Of a stretch of 64,000 nucleotides of DNA, positions 13,201 through 25,200 are shown one piece after another. The position numbers were made by a program, and so were the translations under genes. A model generated the notes under the pieces. It was not told the origin of the DNA. It did not search any database and saw only the letters and a program-made list of their open reading frames with translations. Location: NCBI RefSeq assembly GCF_902459465.1, contig NW_022985708.1, positions 1 to 64,000 on the forward strand. The letters run 5' to 3'. The DNA is from Asterias rubens. Lineage: Eukaryota. Numbering within the stretch: the first letter of the stretch is position 1; each line of letters begins with the position of its first letter.

Positions 13201-16200
13201 CTAGTTAGACAAAATGTTCCGGTAATTTGGTGACACAAATTCAATTTTGAGGATCAGGTTGGCTTGGTGATTTCATTCCCTGCCTTTCACCTCTGCATAC
13301 ACGGGTTCGAATCCCAGGAGCCATGCATGTGGTTGGGGTTTCCCTACCTGATTGCAGGGGATTTCTTCATTTTTTTGTTTTTTCGCCCACATCTTAAACT
13401 GAACATTTCTTCACAAATCCTATTCGTTAATGGCACTAATTGTGCTGTTGTTTGATACAAAAATAAATAAATAATTAATAAAATGTTTGTGCCCATTATA
13501 GTCACAATCCAATTTCATGATGTTTTGTATTGAATGCAAAAGTGCCAGTATTTGTTAACACAACTGTCAAAATTGTCCAACCTTTTTTGTATACACAAAA
13601 GTTACTTTTAAGCTTCCGATTAGTGGAATGAAATCACTTAAAATTGTTGCTTTAAAAAATGTAACATGGATGTGTTGCTAAAGGTTCAGTCAAGTTGTCA
13701 AAAATCGTGCCAAACATTTATGTATTTCCCTTAGTGATTCAGTAAAACTAAAAGCTTAAGGAGTCCAAAGTATTTTTGGGCTAATGGTGACAAAGGTTTA
13801 AGAGACTTTTTATCCAAGGCTACACTACAAGTATAATATATTAGGGTTTTAGTATTATTTGTTAATACTATAGTGATGTGTTTTGTATCAAATCACAGAA
13901 TATGCCTTTACCGAGAAGAAGAGTAGCTCCATTAGCCGAAGCCAAACAGTTTTGTGCATCAGGAGTAGACCCAGATGGGTTCGTTCGAAAATTTGTCAAC
14001 GACAAAATAGGTAAGCTAAGTACATGTATGTATGTTGCAAGGAAATACATTATCGGCCGTTTATGTTGCTAAAAAGAATTGTAGTTTTGGGGCTGACATG
14101 AATTTTCATCATGTTAAAGATTTTTCTGACTTCTGGTTTTTGTTTTTCAGGGTATGGTCTGTTCACAACCAAACAGTTTCAAAAGGAAAACTTCCTTTTA
14201 GAGTATAGAGGAGAAGTCGCTTGTGGACAAGACAGCGAGGACAGCAGCGAAAATTGCTATGAGTTCTTATTTCAACATAATGGGGTTGACTATAGGTAAG
14301 TGCATAATGAGACAATTATTCAACAGCAAAGTCATAATGCTGGTTTTGTTACTTTGTACACTACTAGTTAATAATGATCAAGTGAACAAAACAATGGGCT
14401 GGAATAACCAATAAGTTATTCTTAATCTATGCTTTGCCCACCAATTGAATCAAAACAATCGCTGTACATTTTTAAACACCTGTAAATATTCTAAGCTAAT
14501 TAATAATTTGTGGTTATAAAGTTTGAGAAACATTTATCGCTATATCAAAAGAGTCGTAAACTATATAGGTACATCTAGATTGATTAGTTTAGTTTGTAAC
14601 TTCAAGATGGTTGGCCTATTTCTGAGCCAAATAAAATGGGAAAGTTACCGTAAAATTCAAGTACTGTATCACCATTTGTTAAAACATGATACAAAAAACC
14701 TTATGAATCAAGTATACTCTGAAGTAAACAATAATTTTTTTCTTGTTTTTCTTCCTTAACAGGATTGATGCATCAAGGAAAGATTCGTGTCTGGCCAGAT
14801 ATATTAATGATGATGCAAAGCAACCAAACTGCAGAATGAAAAAAATACTAATTGACAATTACCCTCATCTGTGTCTGTTTGCCTTGGAAAACATTGATCT
14901 GGATGAAGAAATCAGATATGATTATGGTCCAGGAGAATTTTCATGGCGAAAGGTATGAAGTAATTTAGTTTTATAGTAACTGGAAATAATCAGTTTGAAC
15001 AAATTGCTCTCCACAGCCAAAATTCATCTTTATTTTTGAGAACATTTCATTTGAAGTTGAAGTATTTTTTAAACTGTTGTTTCAGAGACTGCCCTCAATC
15101 TAATTTCTGCTAATTCAAGTAAAGAACTTTGTTGCATGGTTAAATCACTGTTGTGTGAAAGTATTTAGGATATTTTGTGGCAAATTGAAGTATGCATAAA
15201 AAAGAGGGTTAATTAAGTCGATACTTTTCTTGAAGATGTTAAGAGTCAGTTCAGGTAACTATTTGACATAGTTGCTCACGGTCAAAAAATAATTTTTTTT
15301 TATACTTTGTGGGTGGAAGGGCCTTGGGGTGCAAGTAAACAAAATTGCATTTTCAATTCTATATATAGCCCGTTGCCATGGTTACGGCTCATTTTGTTTT
15401 TTGGCCATTTTAGGCCGATTTTGGGGTCTGAAAAACTGGTTTTTAGCTCATATTTACAACTCCACCCCACCAAAATGCAAAATTATTTCAAAAAACCTTT
15501 TATATCACTACAAAGTATCATCCTTGGCCTTCCTTGAGAAAAAAAAGTATTGCTTTAAATTTCACCCTTGTGCTATTTTTGCATCATGCATTACAGTATG
15601 TTTTTAGAACTTGCAAAATTGACATTTTTGCCCTATTTTTGGACCCCAAAATGTCAACTTGCCAGGGGTCTCAGAAACCAGTTTTTCAGACCCCAAAATC
15701 GGCCTAAAATGGCCAAAAAACAAAATGAGCCGTAACCATGGCAACGGGCTATATATAGAATTGAAAATGCAATTTTGTTTACTTGCACCCCAAGGCCCTT
15801 CCACCCACAAAGTATTAAAAAAATTAATTTTTTGACCGTGAGCAACTATGTCAATTATTTACCTGAACTGACTCTGTTAAGAACACATGTTTATACCATT
15901 TTACTACAAAACCTAACTTTAAGGACTATCTTCCATGCAACTATTGAAGTTGTCCATGTATAATATTATTATTACGTGTAATCTTTTCTTTTTTTAGGAC
16001 AACCACAGAGAAGATGAGACATCAAATGAAGATGAGGCATTTTGTGATCCAGGCATTTCCAGCAATTCTTCTAGAGATGGTGGTTATGTAGATCCTGCTG
16101 CTGGTGGCTTTGTTGTGGATGAGGCATCTTGTGATCCAGGCATTCCCAGCAATTCTTCTAGAGATGGTGGTTATGTAGATCCTGCTGCTGGTGGCTTTGT

Positions 16201-19200
16201 TGTGGATGAGGCATCTTGTGATCCAGGTATTCCCAGCAATTCTTCTAGAGATGGTGGTTATGTAGATCCTGCTGCTGGTGGCTTTGTTGTGGATGAGGCA
16301 TCTTGTGATCCAGGCATTCCCAGCAATTCTTCTAGAGATGGTGGTTCCGTAGATCCTGTTGCTGGTGGCTTTGTTGTGGATGAGGCATCTTGTGATCCAG
16401 GCATTCCCAGCAATTCTTCTAGAGATGGTGGTTCCGTAGATCCTGTTGCTGGTGGCTTTGTTGTGAATGAGGCATCTTGTGATCCAGGTATTCCCAGCAA
16501 TTCTTCTAGAGATGGTGGTTCTGTAGATCCTGCTGCTGGTGGCTTTGTTGTGAATGAGGCATCTTGTGATCCAGGCATTCCCAGCAATTCTTCTAGAGAT
16601 GGTGGTTCTGTAGATCCTGTTGCTGGTGGCTTTGTTGTGGATGAGGCATCTTGTGATCCAGGCATTCCCAGCAATTCTTCTAGAGATGGTGGTTCCGTAG
16701 ATCCTGCTGCTGGTGGCTTTGTTGTGAATGAGGCATCTTGTGATCCAGGTATTCCCAGCAATTCTTCTAGAGATGGTGGTTCTGTAGATCCTGTTGCTGG
16801 TGGCTTTGTTGTGGATGAGGCATCTTGTGATCCAGGCATTCCCAGCAATTCTTCTAGAGATGGTGGTTCCGTAGATCCTGCTGCTGGTGGCTTTGTTGTG
16901 AATGAGGCATCTTGTGATCCAGGCATTCCCAGCAATTGTTCTAGAGATGATAGTACTGCAGATTATGCTGCTGGGGGCTTTATTAGGGATGAGGCATCTT
17001 GTGATCCAGGCACTCTATGCCATTCTTCTGGAGATGCAAGTCCTGATGACACTGCTAAGGGCTCTGTTGCAGAATCTTTAGACACTTTTGACAACACAGC
17101 TACTCCTGTATTGTTCCAACTCGGACAAGAAGTGACAGATTTAGTCACATGGGTTAATGAAAACAACTCGGATTTGGATGACCCTTCCAGGGCTTGTAAA
17201 AAATACAGTGTTTTTTCCAAAACCCAAGAGGATGCTGACCTTCATGATCCCGATTTTTTCGTTCCAGAATCATCGGATGAAGCACCCAAGATTAACATTA
17301 TTCCTCTTCCTGTCAGAAGAAGGCATGGGGTCCAAAGCAACAGAAGGCAATATTCTCTGGGTAATCATCTAATACCCCAGTATGATTCTTTCTATGATTC
17401 AGATGTTGAAAGTGATGTTGAAGATTCTGGTTCAGATTTTGTTCCTGTTTCTGCCGATGAAAGTGATGTTGAAGATTCTGGTTCAGATTTTGTTCCTGTT
17501 TCTGCTGATGAAAGTGATAACGAATTTGCTTTGGCTGCTAGATCTACTCCAGTGACTAGGGCTACAAAACAAATTACTAACTCAAAGCAAATAACAGACC
17601 CAAGTGATAAAGACCATCCTGATGAAGACGATTCTGGCATGGTATATGAGAATGAGGAAGTTTCTGAAAGCATTGCTGATAACGAAGTTTCAGGCACACT
17701 GACAGTAGCAAACACTTCCAAAGGTCATCATCAAACTACAAATTTAGGCTCACCTGGTCAAGTTCCTGTAGTCTCCAGTTCTACTTCATTGAATACATCA
17801 GACATTGAAGTACTAACCACTTCAAATGAAAGAGGTAAGCGCAGTTGGGACAAGCCTCAGTTTTGTCCATTCTGTCTGATTCCACAAAAGAAGTTGCCAC
17901 GGCATTTAGCATCTATTCACAAAGAGGAACTACAAGTAGAGCAGTGGCTTGCCACAAAAGACAACAGAGAACGGACAAAGCAGCTTACTATTATGAGGAA
18001 CTATGGAAACTTTCTTCATAATGCGAAAGTACTTGACGAGGGAAAGGGCACTCTTATCGTAGTGTATAGGCCCTCATATAAAGTTAATCCCACTGACTAT
18101 TTGCCTTGCACCAACTGCTTTGGCTATTTTGCACAAAATGATTTATGGAAGCATAAATGCTGCCAGACAGTTGATGTTGAGGTAAATGATGCAGAAGAAC
18201 CATATCAAAAGAAAAGAAAAACTGGACTAAGAAAAGCTAGCAGAATGATGCTGCCAACCAAACCAGGTGTTAGTCAGCGAACCCACCAAATATTGTCCAG
18301 CCTGAAAAGTGACAATATAAGCAGACTTGTCCGATCAGACCGACTGATTACGATGTTTGCAGAGAAGTTGACAAAGAAGCATGGTCACTCAAAAGATCAG
18401 GAAGGCTACATAAGACAGCGGTTGCGTGAGGTGGCCAGAATGGTTTTAGAGTACAGACTGTTCACTCAGCATTCTAATGCTATGTTAGCTGATCTCATTT
18501 GTCCAGAGAAATTCAATGAAGTCATTGAAGCAACAAGACGAGCAGCAGGATTTCAAGAGGAAACCAATTTATACACAACCCCAAGCCTTGCACTGAAAAT
18601 AGGACATAGCCTGAAGTCATGTGCAGAAATTCTAAGAGGAGATGCACTTTTGTCCAGGGACACAGTTCTTGAGAAGGATTGTAAGGCTGTAATATCATTG
18701 TACAACTTGAATTGGGAAGGCGAAGTAAGCCACCATGCTCTGAGAACATTGCATGAAGTCAAGAGGAACAATCCTAAGTTGTTGCCGTTAACTGGAGATA
18801 TTGTTAAATTATCAAGGTACCTCAAGAATCAAGTACAAGAAAGGCACAAAGAGCTGCAGAAAACTAACAAGGATGTGCCCAAAGTTTGGACAAAGTTGGC
18901 TGAACTTCTTCTGACACAAATCATTGTGTTCAACCGTAAAAGGCCTGGAGAGGTATCGAAGATGACCTTGAGTGATTACAGCAAGTGTGCTAATGGGGAA
19001 ACCTGTGTTGTTGATGGCGCCTTGTCACCACTGGAGAAGGCACTGTGTAAGGTGCTATGGAGAGTCGAAATTATCGGAAAACGTTTGCGAACCGTTGTAG
19101 TACTATTCACTGCCCAGATGAAAGAGGCCCTTGACACACTGAGGAAAAGAAGAATTGATGCAGGCATAGATGTCAACAATGTCTTCCTGTTTAGTAATCA

Positions 19201-22200
19201 GAGAGGACTGGCACACATTAGGGGGACTGACACACTTAGAGAACATGCCTCAAAGTGCAAAGCAAGTAATCCTGAATTCTTACGTGCAACCAGACTCAGA
19301 AAACACATTGCAACAGTATCGCAAGTGATGAACCTCCAGGACAATGAGCTTGACCTGCTGGCAGGCTTCCTTGGACATGATGTGAGAACACACCGTGAGT
19401 TCTACCGCATGCCTGAGTCCACACTTCAAGTTGCAAAACTTTCAAAGGTCCTTCTGAAGATGGAGAAGGGTGATGTACAGGGATTAGCTGGTAAAAGCCT
19501 GAAAGATGTGGAGCTGGACCCTAGTGAAGGTATGATAGATACAACTACTCTAAATTTACCAATTCGATTTGAAACATTAGTTGATACAGGTCAATTTTGA
19601 TTGAGCCTGAACTGTGTCTGACCTTTATTGCATGTTTAATCATTAATCAAAATTGAATGGATACTTAAGTTCAGAAACAAATCTGATAAAACACATATTA
19701 TGGTATAAAGGTTTATGTAAACCTACACAATACTTTTATGGTAGCAACATACATTGTGATGTGAAACATAATTTGACATGGACCCTTTTGAGGGAGGCTT
19801 TAAAGTATTACATTTAAAACATGTTTTTTTATAGAATACGATACAGATGAGAAATCAGACGATGACAGTGATCCTGAACCTGAGACATCTGTACCAGAGA
19901 AAACAAAAGGTTAGTACATGAGACTAGGATCAGTCACAAATACTACAAAGTTTTACTAAAAACTTGACTGGTTGGCTCAGTGTAGGCATGTGTTCATATT
20001 CTGGGCTAGATGCTGTGTAGCAGCTTTGATGTGTCACTGACAGCCACAAGTTGGTCATTTTACCTTGCCAGCCATGTTCCAACCATTTGTACTGAAATCG
20101 TTGAAATGTGAATGTTTTCATGACTTAATGCTATGGAATATAAAATGGAGTCTAAACATTCCTTTCTAATCAGTTTTTTTTTCTGACTTGCCACAATTAT
20201 AGCCATAACTTGCAACCACCCCATGTAAAATGAAACTAAACTGATGACAACTTTAAATCATAAATGTAACCATGCACTGATTTGTTTTTAGTTAGATTTA
20301 CAAAAGTAACACCAGCTATGTTTATGTGCTAAAGAATGTGCTTTTAAAACTCTTTAGATGTTCTTTGTCCCCTCTACAAAAAGACAAACTAATCTTCCTT
20401 AGCTTCACCTTACAATCAATTTTGCATCAGCCACATAGGGTACACAATTTTGTTCATGTCCCTTGTTTTCCCCTTGGTCCTCATCATGGTCAGTTGCATG
20501 CTGACTATACCTATCATGCTGTGAGTGCCTGCATTACAAACCAAATCATCAGTATTGATATTATTATGTTTCATTTCTATTTGAGGTGTTTAATAATTAA
20601 TTTATTGCATTTTTTCACTTCATACAGAACCAGCAGAAACAGAAGCTGCACAACAACAACGGAAGAAGCAATGGACATTGGCTGAAAAACAAGCAGTCGT
20701 GAGACATCTTGGAAGCTTCTTAAGGTCAAGGAAAGTTCCAGGGAAGGGACCGATTTCTGCTCTCATGAAAGCTGAACCCCGTCTTTTTACTGATCGTTCC
20801 TGGAGAAACGTCAAGGACTTTGTCAGAAACCAAGTCAGGAAAAAAGATCAGTTTAGCTTCCTTAAGAATCTTTGAAGAAAGCAACTATGACAAAGCCAGC
20901 TATTTGAAACTGTGTTTGCACGTATACAGCATATTAAGTTTAATTTTAATTCTTCGTTTTTCTTCTTGCCAAGATGAGAGAACAAGCAGCCATTAATCGA
21001 AGTTTATTTCCAGTAACGAGTAGTTGCAAACGATTAAGCTTAATACTGAAATATTGTTTTATCTTACTCAAAAGTTTACTTATTTATTTGGTTTAAATGC
21101 ATTTTCATTTGCATGTATTGTTTGTTAAAAAGAAATGTAGCAATTACATGAAAGTTCCAACATTTTGTGAGGTTTAGGGCTAAAGTACAGTTAGCTTTCT
21201 TAAAAACTTTTGAAGTTAGAAACTAACAAAGCCAGCTATTTGAAACTGTGTTTGAACAGTTGAATGAAGTGGTTCATCTTCATACAGGCCATTGCAGTTA
21301 AATGATAATTAACAATCAAAAAGATCAGCTCAATTATTTTGTTTGTGTTTTCCGTGCCAAGTTGGGAATTTATAGTGTACTGTGTAATGCAAAGAACTTA
21401 CTATTAATGCAGCGTGTTCATATATTTTGAAAACTCAGTGCTGGTAAAAGCAAGACTGGCTTATACCTCATAAAGATTAATTACATGTATGTTATTAACT
21501 ATTCTTTGTTTGTTTTTCAATGCCAAGTTGGGATTGTGTGGTAATTGCCATGTTTAACAGAGAGTGTGTATACAAAGCGACCATTTTGGTTTTCATATTT
21601 GTCAGGCCGAAGTAATTTTATTTGTTTCACATTATACATTTGTGTTTGTAAATGCAATTTTATTTTCCTTTGCTGCACGTATTCAGCATATTAAGTTTAA
21701 TTTTAATTCTTCGTTTTTCTTCTTGCCAAGATGAGAGAACAAGCAGCCATTAATCGAAGTTTATTTCCAGTAACGAGTAGTTGCAAACGATTAAGCTTAA
21801 TACTGAAATATTGTTTTATCTTACTCAAAAGTTTACTTATTTATTTGGTTTAAATGCATTTTCATTTGCATGTATTGTTTGTTTTAAAAGAAATGTAGCA
21901 ATTACATGAAAGTTCCAACATTTTGTGAGGTTTAGGGCTAAAGTACAGTTAGCTTTCTTAAAAACTTTTGAAGTTAGAAACTAACAAAGCCAGCTATTTG
22001 AAACTGTGTTTGAACAGTTGAATGAAGTGGTTCATCTTCATACAGGCCATTGCAGTTAAATGATAATATTAACAATCAAAAAGATCAGCTAAATTATTTT
22101 GTTTGTGTTTTCCGTGCCAAGTTGGGAATTTATAGTGTACTGTGTAATGCAAAGAACTTACTATTAATGCAGCGTGTTCATATATTTTGAAAACTCAGTG

Positions 22201-25200
22201 CTGGTAAAAGCAAGACTGGCTTATACCTCATAAAGATTAATTACATGTATGTTATTAACTATTCTTTGTTCGTTTTTCAATGCCAAGTTGGGATTGTGTG
22301 GTAATTGCCATGTTTAACAGAGAGTGTGTATACAAAGCGACCATTTTGGTTTTCATATTTGTCAGGCCGAAGTAATTTTATTTGTTTCACATTATACATT
22401 TGTGTTTGTAAATGCAATTTTATTTTCCTTTGCTGCACGTATTCAGCATATTAAGTTTAATTTTAATTCTTCGTTTTTCTTCTTGCCAAGATGAGAGAAC
22501 AAGCAGCCATTAATCGAAGTTTATTTCCAGTAACGAGTAGTTGCAAACGATTAAGCTTAATACTGAAATATTGTTTTATCTTACTCAAAAGTTTACTTAT
22601 TTATTTGGTTTAAATGCATTTTCATTTGCATGTATTGTTTGTTTTAAAAGAAATGTAGCAATTACATGAAAGTTCCAACATTTTGTGAGGTTTAGGGCTA
22701 AAGTACAGTTAGCTTTCTTAAAAACTTTTGAAGTTAGAAACTAACAAAGCCAGCTATTTGAAACTGTGTTTGAACAGTTGAATGAAGTGGTTCATCTTCA
22801 TACAGGCCATTGCAGTTAAATGATAAATAACAATCAAAAAGATCAGCTAAATTATTTTGTTTTGTTTTCCGTGCCTAGTTGGGAATTTATAGTGTACTGT
22901 GTAATGCAAAGAATTACCATTAATGCAGCGTGTTCATATTTTAAAACTCAGGACAAGTTAGACAAAGCCTGGTTTCAAATTACATTGTACTATGTGTTAT
23001 GTTCTTTTGTTTTGTCTCCTGTGCCAATTTTGAATTTATTGTGTACCGTGTAATGCAAAGATTTGACCTTTTATGCATTGTGTACTCATGAAAGCTGAAC
23101 CACATATGTTTACTAATCGTTCCTGGAGAAACGTGAAAGACTTTATCAGAAACCAAGACAGAAAGAAAAATCCATTTAGCTTTCTTAAAAATCTTTAAGT
23201 TAGAAACTAACAAAGCCAGCTATTTGAAACTGTGTTTGAACAGTTGTGTGAAGTGGTTCATCTCCATACAGGCCATTGCAGTTAAATGATAAAAAACAAT
23301 CAAAAAGATGTGCTATATATATATTAATTTTGTTTGTGTTTTCCGTGTTAGGGTGCCCTTTAAAGCATGTGAATCTAGTATGGGTTGCAAGAAAAGAATT
23401 CCGCGGTAAGCAAAGCCATGAAATTGGAACTAATACACTTGTTTGTTGCAGGGGAAAGGGAGAGGTTTTTTGTTGGCCATTTTGCCATGTTGGAGTTCTT
23501 ACTAAAAAAATAAGTAACCATTTTTTGACTAGGGTTCTTTCTTAGACCTTTTGAGTTTTCGTTAAAAAAATTGATGTTAAATCCAAGGCTAATTAAAAAA
23601 TAAAAAAAAATAAAAAAAACACTCAGTTGAGTGTCCCCAAATTTTGTATTCTTAGTTGGCAGTGCTTTTAAACTGAACTCTGATGGCCATTTGGTATTTA
23701 AATGCTTGGTGACCATCGTGGGAAAGAAATGCCCTCGTCGTCCTCTCTATGAAAAAAATTCAGGATGATTAACTTTGTTTTCTTACTTAGCGTAATGAAG
23801 TCTCTGTCTCTAAAAAGGATCTAACACCAATACTTCAAGGTTTACATAAACAAGATGCTCTGTCATCAACCCGTGTCTAAACATGTACATGTACGAGGCA
23901 ACTTTTTCATGATCACTAAGTAAAGCATACAATTACAAGTTGGACAGAGGCTGGCTTCAATTGCGTGAATAAATGTTTTAATCATTTTGTGGAGTTTAAT
24001 CTGTGTGACTTTGTTTATTCATTAAATTGTTGGACCTTTATTCTTATTGTACCACCGTGGACATCTTGTGTATTATTTCCCTTTACCTCCTGGTAAGCGT
24101 GGTACTAATCCGCCGTGGACATCTTGGTCATTATTGTCCCCCTTTGTACTCTTATTATACCACCGTGGACATCTTGCTTATTATTGTCCCCCTTTGTACT
24201 CTTATTGTACCACCGTGGACATCTTGTGTATTATTTCCCTTTACCTCCTGGTAAGCGTGGTACTAATCCACCGTGGACATCTTGGTTATTATTGTCCCCC
24301 TTTGTACTCTTATTATACCACCGTGGACATCTTGTGTATTATTTCCCTTTACCTCCTGGTAAGCGTGGTACTAATCCACCGTGGACATCTTGGTTATTAT
24401 TGTCCCCCTTTGTACTCTTATTATACCACCGTGGACATCTTGTGTATTATTTCCCTTTACCTCCTGGTAAGCGTGGTACTAATCCACCGTGGACATCTTG
24501 GTCATTATTGTCCCCATTTGTACTCTTATTATACCACCGTGGACATCTTGGTTATTATTGTCCCCCTTTGTACTCTTATTGTACCACCGTGGACATCTTG
24601 TGTATTATTTCCCTTTACCTCCTGGTAAGCGTGGTACTAATCCACCGTGGACATCTTGGTTATTATTGTCCCCCTTTGTACTCTTATTATACCACCGTGG
24701 ACATCTTGTGTATTATTTCCCTTTACCTCCTGGTAAGCGTGGTACTAATCCACCGTGGACATCTTGGTTATTATTGTCCCCCTTTGTACTCTTATTATAC
24801 CACCGTGGACATCTTGTGTATTATTTCCCTTTACCTCCTGGTAAGCGTGGTACTAATCCACCGTGGACATCTTGGTTATTTTGTCCCACTTTGTAATCTT
24901 ATTATACCACCGTGGACATCTTGGTTATTATTGTCCCCCTTTGTAATCTTATATACCACCGTGGACATCTTGGTTATTATTGTCCCCCTTTGTATTCTTA
25001 TTGCACCACCGTGGACATCTTGGTTATTATTGTCCCCCTTTGTACTCTTATTGTACCACCGTGGACATCTTGTGTATTATTTCCCTTTACCTCCTGGTAA
25101 GCGTGGTACTAATCCACCGTGGACATCTTGGTTATTATTGTCCCCCTTTGTACTCTTATTGTACCACCGTGGACATCTTGTGTATTATTTCCCTTTACCT

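Noticed and set aside
16258-19179. Antisense ORFs over the SET-YR exon (e.g. 225 aa at 16258-16935)
   Set aside because: Shadow frames of the coding repeat and codon bias, with no independent motifs.
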